A stretch of DNA of 64,000 nt, taken from positions 3,136,001 to 3,200,000 of the forward strand of contig OZ244207.1 of NCBI GenBank assembly GCA_965216875.1. Direction: 5' to 3'. Made by a program: the position numbers and the translations under genes. The DNA comes from Rubripirellula sp. (GTDB lineage: Bacteria; Planctomycetota; Planctomycetia; Pirellulales; Pirellulaceae). Positions 9,152 to 19,377 of this stretch are shown in pieces; positions within the stretch are counted from its first letter, which is position 1, and the number at the start of each line of letters is the position of its first letter. Under the pieces are notes generated by a model. It did no database searches. It was not told the DNA's origin and saw only the letters and a list, made by a program, of their open reading frames with translations.

Positions 9152-10987
9152 ATGCTTGCCTTGCCAGCCAATCTGTATCGCTGTACAGGCGTCTTAGGCG
9201 TTGTCGCCTTGGTTTGTTTCGTTGCTCCCGCTATTGGTGGGATTTCGACTGCATCGGGCCAACAACTTCTACCTGTCCCCTCGCCAGAACCAGACGCAGC
9301 GCAGTCTGATCCGTTCACTGACGATCGACCAACCGATACCTCTACCAGCGGCCATCAAGGTCTCGATCATCTCCACGGCACATTGCTGCGAAACGATTTT
9401 TCGCTCAAGGGCGCTCAGTCCTGCGCCGTCTCGTCTTGCCATGGTGGTCCGCGACCGGGAATTGCCCAACCGACCGCGCGTCGCGGCTCAGAATTCCAGC
9501 TCTGGCTCGAAAACGACCCACACGCACGATCGTGGCGAACCTTTTGCGGCGACGAAAGCGTTCAAATGATGCGTCGGTTGAGAATCATCGACCAAGACAA
9601 CGTCGTGCTCGATCGGGCAGGTTTCGACAATTGCTTGGCTTGCCACAACACGGCCAAACGCTATGACGAGCCGAGAACCACCGGCAACCTTCGCGAAGGG
9701 GTCGGATGCGAAGCCTGTCATGGTCCCGCTGAACAATGGGAATCCTCGCACGTCCAATACAACTGGTCGCGAGAATCGGCACACGAGCAAGGGTTCGTCA
9801 ATAACGACGACCTCTTCACGCGAGCCCGCATGTGCGCCTCCTGTCACGTCGGTGACCGAGACCGCGACATGAACCACGACATCATCGCCGCTGGCCACCC
9901 GACGTTGCGCTATGAATTGGCGACCTACCACAGTTGGCAACCGAAACACTGGCGAGACGCCGAAGCCGATAACAAAGAACGCTACGAGGCTCAACTTTGG
10001 CTTGCCGGACAAGTGGCATCGGCCGACGCGTCGCTGTCGCTTCTTGAAACACGTGCTCGGCGCGGACACTCCGCGAGCCAGTGGCCAGAGTTTGCCGCGT
10101 ATGACTGCGCATCCTGCCACCACAATCTTGGCCTTGGCAACGCACGCGGCAGCGAGCTTCCTGGGCAACGACAACGACCCGCAACCGCAATCTATTCACA
10201 ATGGAATGATTCCGGATTGAGATGGCTGTTGAAACACCGCGTCACAAGCGGCAAAGCAACCGAAAACGACCATCGACTTCTCGACGCGCTGGTATCGGTA
10301 CAAACGGCTATGGAACAGCCGCCGCGGCCCAACGCAGACTCGGTTGCCGACGCCTCAAAGCACGCTCGAAAAGAACTTGCCGCTTGGTTTGCGGCCGAGG
10401 GCGGTGGGGAGCGCCAGCGATTTGACAGCGACCGACTTGGAATGCTCGTGGCATCAGCAGCAAGCGACCCCGATACATTCTTAACGTGGGAGTCAGCGGC
10501 GCAGTTCTACCTGGCGTCAATCGCGGCGCGAGAAAGCTGGCCCGGCGGTATCGACGGACCGCTTCGAGAAACGGCGGACCAATTGCAATACGGTCTCCAG
10601 TACCCACAGATGATCGACATTAGCCGTTATGCGAAGCGAGCGTCCGCCAAAGGTCCGCAGCTTAGCCGACACGAGATCGCGCGGCTGTCTATCCAACTTG
10701 CAAGGTTCCTCGGTCCCGTCGCTGAAAACGCAGCCGATCACCCGCCGTCCGATAGCCGAGATCCGGCCAATGTTCGCGACAAACTCGATGCGTTGCTCGA
10801 GCGGATTCGCAAACAACAGCAGACAGAGCGCAAGAACCGCGGCGAACAAACACCACCCGCGGTGAAACCGAGCGACAACGCCCCCAAAGAGCCGCCTGAA
10901 AAACCACGGCAATCGGTCGAGGACCTTCGCAAAGCGCTCGAATCGTTACAATCTGACTCTACCGACGACGGCAACAATCAACCTTGA
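9152..10987 (+). CDS. secreted multiheme (5-heme) cytochrome c, paralog of 4866-6275
   Basis: Likely start MLALPANLY plus hydrophobic signal; CAVSSCH, CLACH, CEACH, CASCH, CASCH; HDIIAAGHP. Confidence 0.85.
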   Translation: MLALPANLYRCTGVLGVVALVCFVAPAIGGISTASGQQLLPVPSPEPDAAQSDPFTDDRPTDTSTSGHQGLDHLHGTLLRNDFSLKGAQSCAVSSCHGGPRPGIAQPTARRGSEFQLWLENDPHARSWRTFCGDESVQMMRRLRIIDQDNVVLDRAGFDNCLACHNTAKRYDEPRTTGNLREGVGCEACHGPAEQWESSHVQYNWSRESAHEQGFVNNDDLFTRARMCASCHVGDRDRDMNHDIIAAGHPTLRYELATYHSWQPKHWRDAEADNKERYEAQLWLAGQVASADASLSLLETRARRGHSASQWPEFAAYDCASCHHNLGLGNARGSELPGQRQRPATAIYSQWNDSGLRWLLKHRVTSGKATENDHRLLDALVSVQTAMEQPPRPNADSVADASKHARKELAAWFAAEGGGERQRFDSDRLGMLVASAASDPDTFLTWESAAQFYLASIAARESWPGGIDGPLRETADQLQYGLQYPQMIDISRYAKRASAKGPQLSRHEIARLSIQLARFLGPVAENAADHPPSDSRDPANVRDKLDALLERIRKQQQTERKNRGEQTPPAVKPSDNAPKEPPEKPRQSVEDLRKALESLQSDSTDDGNNQP

Positions 10988-12684
10988 ACGTAAGATTCGC
11001 CGAGATGTCACTCTGCCTCTCCAAACGCACCGTCATCTACCGCAACTTGATTCTTTGGATTGCAAGTACTGCGGCTTTCGTCTGTGCGCCTAACGTCGTC
11101 GCGCAGGACGCGTCGAACGACCGAGCCTATGACGCTGTCTTCCAAACCTGGCGAGACCACGCAGGGGTCCAGGCCTGCGACCGCTGCCACAATGGGCAGA
11201 GCGACTTTGCCAAAATCGATACCAGCTACAGCCGCCAGGACGAGCTGAAGTTCTGGATCACGAAAGACAAACATGCGATTGCTCGTCGCCGCGTCGAACC
11301 ACTCTCTAAAGACGAAGTACTCGAGCAGGCAACAAAACTTGCCAATCAATATGGTGATGCTCAAGTCGTTTCGGGCTGGCTCGGCGCGAGCAACGTTTTG
11401 AGCAAACGCATCAAAGAAAAGTTGCGCTACAACGACGATCAATTCCGTGACAATTGCTTGACCTGCCATGGCGGGTATCGACACGACGTCGAATCGGACA
11501 AGGCAGAGTTTGCTGCGGATCAACCAGGCATTTCATGCAACTATTGCCACCAGGTCGGAACGACCAACCAGTGGGTCCTTGATCACAACGCCACCACGCC
11601 CGAGGCCAAAGCCAAATGGCGAGGAAGCACTGCCAATCAAAAAGAGTCTTTGGGGATGCGAGATTTGGTGACGACCTCCCGTCAGGCCAGTCTCTGTTTC
11701 GATTGCCACGTTGGAAATCGAAAACAAAACCAATTCGTCACTCACGAAATGTATGCTGCCGGGCATCCGCCATTGCCTTCGATTGAAGTGCAAACCTTCT
11801 GTGAGCAGATGCCTCAACATTGGCGATCCTTGTCGACCGTCCATGACGAATTGCCCGATGGCGAAAAGGATTCGTACTTTCGGTTGAACCTTCCGGGCGT
11901 TGATGCGCCCGACGACACCTATTGGAACACACGAAAACTCTTGGTCGGTGCGTTGGCGGCTCGTGCAAAAACGCTGCAACTTGTCATCGATTCGGCACAA
12001 TCGAATCAATGGGCTGACTATTCGCTGTACGACTGCGCCGCTTGCCACCACGAACTGAAAACCGAAAGCCACCGGCAACAACGTGGCTATCCGGCTGCTC
12101 CCGGTCGGCCTCGTCAACATGAGTGGCCAGACGCGTTGTTCCACATTGCGCTTTTCCTGGCCCAAGACGAACCAAACATCATGGAACTCGAGCGTACACT
12201 CGCAGCCCGATTCGGCGCTCAACCCTTTGGCCGAGCCGAAGACGTGTCGGCAGCGGCAGCGAATTTGAAAGCTGCAATCGATCGCGCCATCGAAAAGGCC
12301 GAATCAACTACGGTCGATTCCGATGTCGCTCTTCGAGTTCTTTCCGGCCTGGCACAGACTCCAACGGAAAAACTTTTCGCCTACGATTCGGCTCGCCAAG
12401 TCGTCTGGGCAATGCGAGTCGTTATCGCTGAACTTGAATCCAAAGAGGATGAGCTTTCACCCGAACTCAAACAGGTGCAAACCCTCGTGAAAGCACTGGA
12501 CCAGCCCACCACGACCGCTGGCAACACGGGAATCGCCGCAGTTCTGCCGGCCGGGCGCACGGCATTCATCTATCCCGATAGTTTGCGGAATGATCTGAAG
12601 CGTCGTGCGAACTTTGATTCGGACGAACTCGAAAAACGCCTCCGCGAAATCAACGAGCTCTTGGTTGACGTGATCAACCAATAA
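10984..12684 (+). CDS. secreted multiheme (5-heme) cytochrome c, third paralog
   Basis: CDRCH, CLTCH, CNYCH, CFDCH, CAACH; HEMYAAGHP; start may be ATG 11005. Confidence 0.85.
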   Translation: MNVRFAEMSLCLSKRTVIYRNLILWIASTAAFVCAPNVVAQDASNDRAYDAVFQTWRDHAGVQACDRCHNGQSDFAKIDTSYSRQDELKFWITKDKHAIARRRVEPLSKDEVLEQATKLANQYGDAQVVSGWLGASNVLSKRIKEKLRYNDDQFRDNCLTCHGGYRHDVESDKAEFAADQPGISCNYCHQVGTTNQWVLDHNATTPEAKAKWRGSTANQKESLGMRDLVTTSRQASLCFDCHVGNRKQNQFVTHEMYAAGHPPLPSIEVQTFCEQMPQHWRSLSTVHDELPDGEKDSYFRLNLPGVDAPDDTYWNTRKLLVGALAARAKTLQLVIDSAQSNQWADYSLYDCAACHHELKTESHRQQRGYPAAPGRPRQHEWPDALFHIALFLAQDEPNIMELERTLAARFGAQPFGRAEDVSAAAANLKAAIDRAIEKAESTTVDSDVALRVLSGLAQTPTEKLFAYDSARQVVWAMRVVIAELESKEDELSPELKQVQTLVKALDQPTTTAGNTGIAAVLPAGRTAFIYPDSLRNDLKRRANFDSDELEKRLREINELLVDVINQ

Positions 12685-12814
12685 CCGCCACCTTCACCCT
12701 TGGCGAAAATCTCGCATCGCTGAATGCCTCCATACGGATTCGGTTCTAATGGTTTGTGACGGCTTGCCAGCACAGTAAAGTGAGCCGTTTGAAGACCAAA
12801 GCCTTTTCTGCGAG

Positions 12815-13534
12815 GTGGATTCATTGTTCACCGCTTTCCGAATCACAATCGCCGGCTGCCTGTCCCTTGCATTGTGTTGCGATGTGCTTGGCGAGCCCCC
12901 CAATTCCGGACGCGATTTGCCCTGGAGTCGCCTCGCACCTGAAGGTGGCAAGCCGTTCGTTGATCCCTTCGCAAGACTAAGCAACGACCAAATCAGCGAC
13001 CTAGGTTATGTCATCCGTGTGCGTCGCCTGGTCCGCGATCAGAAACTCGATGCCAATGGCAGCGATGCCGAGGAGGCTCAGAGAGTCGCAGCGAGCTTGC
13101 AGAAGCAGGGGATCGACATCGAGTGGCTGATGATTCAACGTGAACGCATTGCTCAGCTTCGCGCCGCGCAGGTTGATCGCGTCTCGAAAGCGATTGCATC
13201 GGACCTCGGTGGCAAACAAGTCAACCTGTCCGGATTCGTCATCCCCACCAAAACAGAGCAGGGGCGGCTGAGCGAATTCTTTCTTGTTCCGACGCTCGCC
13301 GCTTGTAGTCACGAGGATCCTCCGCCGCGACTCCAATGCGTCTTCGTTTCGCTCGCTCGCGCCATCGACCTCCCCAGCCGCAACGATCCCATTCGTTTGA
13401 CTGGCCGCATCACCGCATCGCCCGTTTCGAAGCGGCGCGTCACGGCCAGCGGTCCGGTGACGATTCACTCCGCCTACACCATGACACTTGCTCAGATCGA
13501 AAGACTCAGCGTGAAAGGTACCGAATCACCATGA
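12815..13534 (+). CDS. DUF3299-like protein
   Basis: GKQVNLSGFVIP..EFFLVPTLAACSHEDPPPRLQ resembles the DUF3299 motif; signal-like N-terminus. Confidence 0.7.
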   Translation: MDSLFTAFRITIAGCLSLALCCDVLGEPPNSGRDLPWSRLAPEGGKPFVDPFARLSNDQISDLGYVIRVRRLVRDQKLDANGSDAEEAQRVAASLQKQGIDIEWLMIQRERIAQLRAAQVDRVSKAIASDLGGKQVNLSGFVIPTKTEQGRLSEFFLVPTLAACSHEDPPPRLQCVFVSLARAIDLPSRNDPIRLTGRITASPVSKRRVTASGPVTIHSAYTMTLAQIERLSVKGTESP

Positions 13535-14970
13535 GACATCTATCAACACTGCTGGCGTTTACGGTGGCCACTTCGTTGTTCGCTCAAGAGCAAGCGGAAG
13601 AACCACCACAAGTCGTGATCACTAACGTTCAAGTCTTTGATGGAACCAACGCCAAGCTACTGGCGGGTCCGGTTGTCATTGAGAATAACCTGATCAAGTC
13701 CGTTGGCCCCAGCGCAGAGGTTCGTGATGATGCCATCAAGATCGATGGCAACGGCGGCACCATCATGCCGGGCCTGATTGACATGCACGCGCACCATGCC
13801 ATTCACGAAGGCATGCTCGAGGGGCGCGACCGCTATGACCAAATGGCGATCGGTGCGATGTCCGCAGAACGGCTGCGTGACTACCTCGATCAAGGATTCA
13901 CCTCGACTCGAGACGCAGGCGGGAACGTCTGTAGCTTGGCAAAAGCCGTGCGGTTGGACCGAATTCCTGGTCCACGTATCTATCCGAGCGGTGGATTCAT
14001 TTCGCAATTGGGCGGGCACGCCGATACGGGTCTTGTGACCGATCAATTGGGCGACGAAGACATCTTAGAGAGGGCTGGATTCGGCCACATCGCGAGTGGG
14101 CGAGCTCAGGTGATGGAAGCGGCCCGTCACAACCTTCGCGCCGGTGCTACACAGATCAAAGTGATGGCCGGCGGTGGTGTGGCAAGTGAGTTTGACCCCA
14201 TTCACATGACCCAGTTCACCTTTGACGAGATGAAAGCCGCCGTCGACGTGGCCGAAGACTACGGCACCTACGTTCTTGTTCACGCCTATCATGATCGCGC
14301 GGTCAACCGCGCCATCGACGCGGGCGTTCGCTGCATCGAACACAATTTCCTCGTGTCCGAAGACACGATCATTCGAATGAAGAAGGAAGGCGTTGCCCTT
14401 TCGATCCAATCAGTCATGTCTTTGGAGGCGTTTCATCCCGACAACGTCGAAAAGATCTCGTTCTTCTCAGCCGATCAAAAGGCAAAAGCCGTGATGGTCA
14501 ATTCAGGCGCCTCGCAGATGCTCAAGTGGGCGTTGAAACATGACTTGATCATGGTCACCGGCGGTGACATGTTTGATGAAGCCAACGTCAACCGACAAGT
14601 CGAAAACTTGATTTGGCTGAAGACCGTCGGGTTTTCGAACGTCCAAGTTTTGCGGACCGCAACTTCGACTGCGGGACACGTACTTGGTTGGTGCGGCGAC
14701 ATGAACCCGTACAAAGACGCCTACCCAACGCTTTCGCCCGACGAAAAAAAGCAAAAAGGAATTGGCCTGGGCGTCATCGAACCGGGCGCCTATGCGGACT
14801 TGCTTGTCATCAATGGTAACCCGGTTGCTGAACTCGAGCTGCTGCGCGATCGCGACAACCTTCGGCTCATTATGCAGGACGGCAAGATCTGGAAAAACAC
14901 ACTCGTCCCGGCGTCTCACCCGCAACATGTCCCCGTCGAAGGCAGTCACTCGCCAACGCCTTCTCTGTGA
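13531..14970 (+). CDS. secreted metal-dependent amidohydrolase (Xaa-Pro dipeptidase-like)
   Basis: MPGLIDMHAH, GFTSTRDAGG, IKVMAGGG, HAY, IEH, GAYADLLVINGNP; ATGA overlap with DUF3299 gene. Confidence 0.88.
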   Translation: MRHLSTLLAFTVATSLFAQEQAEEPPQVVITNVQVFDGTNAKLLAGPVVIENNLIKSVGPSAEVRDDAIKIDGNGGTIMPGLIDMHAHHAIHEGMLEGRDRYDQMAIGAMSAERLRDYLDQGFTSTRDAGGNVCSLAKAVRLDRIPGPRIYPSGGFISQLGGHADTGLVTDQLGDEDILERAGFGHIASGRAQVMEAARHNLRAGATQIKVMAGGGVASEFDPIHMTQFTFDEMKAAVDVAEDYGTYVLVHAYHDRAVNRAIDAGVRCIEHNFLVSEDTIIRMKKEGVALSIQSVMSLEAFHPDNVEKISFFSADQKAKAVMVNSGASQMLKWALKHDLIMVTGGDMFDEANVNRQVENLIWLKTVGFSNVQVLRTATSTAGHVLGWCGDMNPYKDAYPTLSPDEKKQKGIGLGVIEPGAYADLLVINGNPVAELELLRDRDNLRLIMQDGKIWKNTLVPASHPQHVPVEGSHSPTPSL

Positions 14971-14997
14971 AGCGATGAAGACCTTGCCTAGTAGCGT

Positions 14998-15714
14998 CTA
15001 GCTGCGTTCACGAGTTCTCGACCTGTACGCAGCAGGGGTTACCCCGGTGTGCTTGCGAAATTGTTTGGTGAAGGCGCTCTGATCGCAAAAACCGAACTCG
15101 TCGCCGATCTCGGCAATTGAACGGTCGGTTTCTCGAAGCGCAACGGTAGATGCTCGAATGCGCGTGCGAATCAGAAACTGCTGAACATCAATGCCGAGGG
15201 CGTCATGAAACAGTCGGTTCAAATGCCGTGCCGACACACCAACCCGCGCGGCCAAATCGGCGACACGGTACCTGGCGGGATCGTCACGAATACAATCAAC
15301 GACTTCGCCAACCACACTGTACGACGCTGCGAGGCGTCGGCCCCCTTCGTGATTACGGACGATCCCGACGACGCCCAGGATCTTCCCCTGACGACTTCGA
15401 AGGGGCAACTTCGTCGTTGAAAACCAATCGAGCTTTCCTGTGCCATCGAGCAACACTTCGACATGATTGACCAGCGGTTCGCCCGTTTCCATTACCCGCT
15501 GGTCACCTTCAAGCAACTGCTCCGCAATCTCCGGCGGATAGCGATCGCGGTCCGTTGTTCCAACGATCTCAGATTCGTCTTGAAGCCCTAGTCGATCCAA
15601 CAGTGCTCGATTGACACGAACAAAACGCCCCTGACGGTCCTTCACAAAGAAGCAAACCTCAGGGATGTGATCGAACAGGTTGACGACGTCTTCAACAGAT
15701 ACCGATGGAAGCAT
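14998..15714 (-). CDS. AraC-family transcriptional regulator with N-terminal PAS domain
   Basis: FFVKDRQGRFVRVN (PAS); GFCDQSAFTKQFRKHTGVTPAAYR (AraC HTH). Confidence 0.92.
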   Translation of the reverse strand: MLPSVSVEDVVNLFDHIPEVCFFVKDRQGRFVRVNRALLDRLGLQDESEIVGTTDRDRYPPEIAEQLLEGDQRVMETGEPLVNHVEVLLDGTGKLDWFSTTKLPLRSRQGKILGVVGIVRNHEGGRRLAASYSVVGEVVDCIRDDPARYRVADLAARVGVSARHLNRLFHDALGIDVQQFLIRTRIRASTVALRETDRSIAEIGDEFGFCDQSAFTKQFRKHTGVTPAAYRSRTRERS

Positions 15715-15752
15715 GTCCGGTTTTTACCAAGAAAGGTCCGCCAATTACAAGA
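15715..15752. promoter_or_regulatory. putative AraC-type tandem operator (GTCCG-N7/8-CAAGA x2)
   Basis: gtccg at 15715 and 15736 (21-bp period), each followed by caaga; lies between divergent araC and sulfatase starts. Confidence 0.4.
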
Positions 15753-15841
15753 CACTATGGCTTGCTTGATTTCAAATGGACTTGCGCGATGAACGCCGCT
15801 CCTGCGGTGCAACCTTCCTCTCTGAAAAAACAACCGCGACG

Positions 15842-17410
15842 ATGAAGACCTACGCACTTCTACTCACCTCACTTTTCGCCTGCGCTCTCTCAGCACCTGC
15901 TGCTTTGGCCGAAACGCGTGGCTCTCGACCGAACATTGTTTTCATCCTTTCCGACGACATGGGCTGGAACCAACCTGGGTTCAATGGCGGGACCGCGGCG
16001 AAAACACCCAACCTGGACCGATTGGCCGCTGAGGGCCTGCGTCTCAATGAGTTTTACACCCACAGCGTGTGCGCCCCGACGCGCGCCGCATTCTTGACCG
16101 GACGCTACGCCTTCCGAACTTGGAGCGACTGGCGATCGGAAGACTTTGGCAAGCCAAGCTATCTGGCAAAACTGGGACTCGAACTCGCGCACAACGACCG
16201 GGGCGAGCCAACACGCCGCATTCATGCTCTGGACTCGCAAGAGCGAACGATCGCCGAGGCGTTGAAGGAAGCGGGTTATTTCACTGCTCTTCTTGGAAAA
16301 TGGCATCTCGGCGAATGGCTGCCCGAGCATTTGCCGATGGGGCAGGGCTTTGAACACCAATACGGGCATTACGCATGGGGAATCGACTATTACACCAAGA
16401 CGATCGTGCACAACGCGCCGGCTCGTTTTGCTGTCTACGACTGGCACCGCAACCAACGCCCTGTCCAGGAAGAGGGCTATGTCACCGACCTGATCGCCGC
16501 CGAAGCCGAACGGGTGATCTCCGATCGTAAACAGGACGATCGCCCCTTCTTTATGTACGTCGCGTTCAACGCCGTGCACGGCCCGCTCAACACACCACCT
16601 AACTATGACGGTGACGCCGACGACCCATTGGCCATTCGTCACGCGATGCTCGAGAGTCTCGATAGCGCCGTTGGACGAATTGACCGCGCGATCCATGAAA
16701 ACGGTTTTCGCGACAACACGCTGTTCATTTTTACCAACGACAATGGCCCGGTCCTTGAAGAGATGAGCAAGCCATTTCGCGGTACCAAAAACACGACCTT
16801 TGAAGGTGGCGTTCGCCAACCAGCGATCCTGAGGTGGCCGGGGCACACCAAGCCCGGCGCTACCAAAGATGGATTGATGTTTGTGTCTGATTTTTACCCG
16901 ACCTTCATCACGCTCGCGGGTGGCCAACACGCCCAACAGCGCCCTATCGACGGAATCGACATGACGGACATGCTGTTCGAGGACGCGGCGAGCCGCCGAA
17001 ACGAAATCGTCTTCGATGTTTCAGGGAGCGTTCGATTGCCAACCATTCGCAGCGGCGACTTCAAACTGATGGGAGATGCACTCTACAACATCAAAACCGA
17101 TCCAACCGAATCGACGGATGTGGCACCTTCCAACCCCACGGTCGTTGCGGAACTGAAATCACGCCTCGATGAACTGGGACACGAGCGTCCGCCACTGGGT
17201 GACAAACCGCTCTTGATGGATCCTCCGCTGCCCTATGTCTACGGACTCACCGAGCAACAAGACGTCCCCCAATGGCTCATCAAAGCGGTCGACCAAATCC
17301 GGGCGAAACAACCGACCGAATGGGCGCCCGGCGAAACCCCTTGGCCGAAAGCCCCCAAAGGCGCGGTGGCAAGCAAAATGGATGGCCTCAAAGACGAAGC
17401 GGGGAAGTAA
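15842..17410 (+). CDS. arylsulfatase (formylglycine-dependent sulfatase)
   Basis: RPNIVFILSDDMG, CAPTRAAFLTGR, GKWHLG; signal peptide MKTYALLL. Confidence 0.93.
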   Translation: MKTYALLLTSLFACALSAPAALAETRGSRPNIVFILSDDMGWNQPGFNGGTAAKTPNLDRLAAEGLRLNEFYTHSVCAPTRAAFLTGRYAFRTWSDWRSEDFGKPSYLAKLGLELAHNDRGEPTRRIHALDSQERTIAEALKEAGYFTALLGKWHLGEWLPEHLPMGQGFEHQYGHYAWGIDYYTKTIVHNAPARFAVYDWHRNQRPVQEEGYVTDLIAAEAERVISDRKQDDRPFFMYVAFNAVHGPLNTPPNYDGDADDPLAIRHAMLESLDSAVGRIDRAIHENGFRDNTLFIFTNDNGPVLEEMSKPFRGTKNTTFEGGVRQPAILRWPGHTKPGATKDGLMFVSDFYPTFITLAGGQHAQQRPIDGIDMTDMLFEDAASRRNEIVFDVSGSVRLPTIRSGDFKLMGDALYNIKTDPTESTDVAPSNPTVVAELKSRLDELGHERPPLGDKPLLMDPPLPYVYGLTEQQDVPQWLIKAVDQIRAKQPTEWAPGETPWPKAPKGAVASKMDGLKDEAGK

Positions 17411-17454
17411 CCGACCGCAACCCGACATATCGGCACAACACAAACCGCTTGCCG

Positions 17455-18957
17455 CTAATGCGGATTCACCCTCTTTCCGCGCGTATGAGGAACAAGCCGG
17501 TGAAGTTGCTGACTCAATCCGTCAACAACGTCTGACATAGCTGCAACGCCGGAAACGTTTTTGGTTTCGAGTTGGCCTGGACTTCGGTCGCTACGATGGT
17601 CGTACAGTTCACGAGCCACCAAATTCCCATGTTCGTTTCGCCATTCCGTGTATCGATATTCGGCGGTGCGGATGCTGCGGCCGATTCTTCCGCGCCGTTT
17701 CATTTCACTACAACCGGCATCGCGGACGGTTGCGTCACGCTGCTTGAGCAACGGCACAAGGCTAACACCTTCAAGATGGGACGGCTTTGCCAACCCCGCA
17801 AGCTCACACAAAGTCGGATAGAGATCAAGGAATTCAACAACTGCCATCGTCGATTCACCTGGATGGAGCATTCCGGGAGTCGCGATGAGCAACGGCGTTC
17901 GAGTAGAAATCTCGAAGTTTGAATGTTTGTGCCCCCAAGAATCGTACTCTCCCATCTGGTAACCATGATCACCCATAAACACGATGATGGTGTTGTCCTG
18001 GTGGCCAGACTGCTTGAGTGCTGTCAGCACACGACCGAAGCAAGCGTCGACATAAGTGATGCAAGCTAAGTAGCCCTGCAAATACTGCTTCAGAAAATCG
18101 TCGTCGGCATCTTCGAGCGAGGGCATTTCATAGTAGTTCTTGACCAAGCCACGGTTGACCATCCACGGCTCGGCCCCTTCCGGCAAACCTCGAAACGTCG
18201 GCAAATCGATGTCGTCAGGATCGTAGAGGTCCCAATACTCTTGCGGAGCATTGAACGGAAGATGCGGCCGAAGAAAACCAACGGCAAGAAAGAACGGCTC
18301 ATCATCTCCCTTTTTTGACGCCAAGTATCTTTCAACGGCCGCTGCCGTGTTGCCGTCCTGCATTTGATCATCAGGAATGTCACTATCATCCCATGTCCGC
18401 GCCCTTGGCCAATCATGTGGGTGACGCAAGACTTTTCCATCAAGCCTTGCTCGAGCAATCAATCGATTGCGCAGTGCATTCTGTTGCGGCCCCCACACGG
18501 GAACGTCTGGCCACCGCGTCGGCTCACTCCAAGATTCGGCGTCGTCCTCATCACCGAGCATCGATTCATCGTAGATATGAAAAATCTTGCCGAACGCGCG
18601 CGATTCGTAGCCGTTGTTTTTGAAATGCTGTGGCAACGTAATGATATCGGGCACGGCCTCGCGGATACTGACTCCAAAGCCCCGCAAACCGGTCGTATTG
18701 GGACGCAATCCGCTAAGCATCGAGTTTCGCGATGGACTGCATACGGCGGCTTGAACATACGCATGCTCGAACCGAAGAGCCTGAGTCGCAAATCGGTCGA
18801 TGTTCGGCGACTTCACGATGCGATCGCCATAGCAACCGAGCTGTGGGCGAAGATCGTCCGCCATGATCCAAAGTACGTTCGGGCGATCATCGGCTTTCAA
18901 AACATGCGCTGCGCAAACTGCGAACAGAACACACCCTATCAGTCGTTCCAGCAACAC
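17455..18957 (-). CDS. sulfatase (iduronate-2-sulfatase/choline-sulfatase-like)
   Basis: RPNVLWIMADDLR, CSPSRNSMLSG, GKIFH, RPHLPF, DHG. Confidence 0.92.
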   Translation of the reverse strand: MLLERLIGCVLFAVCAAHVLKADDRPNVLWIMADDLRPQLGCYGDRIVKSPNIDRFATQALRFEHAYVQAAVCSPSRNSMLSGLRPNTTGLRGFGVSIREAVPDIITLPQHFKNNGYESRAFGKIFHIYDESMLGDEDDAESWSEPTRWPDVPVWGPQQNALRNRLIARARLDGKVLRHPHDWPRARTWDDSDIPDDQMQDGNTAAAVERYLASKKGDDEPFFLAVGFLRPHLPFNAPQEYWDLYDPDDIDLPTFRGLPEGAEPWMVNRGLVKNYYEMPSLEDADDDFLKQYLQGYLACITYVDACFGRVLTALKQSGHQDNTIIVFMGDHGYQMGEYDSWGHKHSNFEISTRTPLLIATPGMLHPGESTMAVVEFLDLYPTLCELAGLAKPSHLEGVSLVPLLKQRDATVRDAGCSEMKRRGRIGRSIRTAEYRYTEWRNEHGNLVARELYDHRSDRSPGQLETKNVSGVAAMSDVVDGLSQQLHRLVPHTRGKRVNPH

Positions 18958-19377
18958 AATCGTCGGCTCCTTTACTAGGCCTCAGCACGAAAGCCAACAT
19001 TCTATGCGACTTGCAATCCACACTAAATGTCCAGCGATTGCAAAGAGTTTCGTCGATTCGAGCGTACCGACCTGTTCACGCCTTTGTCTTCAGCTGACTT
19101 AGGACTACAAGCGATCGTTCTGTCGATCCAAACATTCAAACTCTGGTCAAACGCAGGATTTCGGCATGCGTAACCGCGCGTTGTCACAGATGAACGGAAA
19201 CGCCTAACTGAACTTGTGCGCGTCTGAACAGATTGTCATCGGTGACATCCTCTCACGAAGCTGCCCCAAAAACTCTCATTGAATTCAATCGCGATCGCGC
19301 AAAGCTTTCGGCATTCACTTCGCGGCGCATCCCTTGGCAGGCGCCGCTTCTCTTTCCCACTCAAGAGGGCACGTCTC

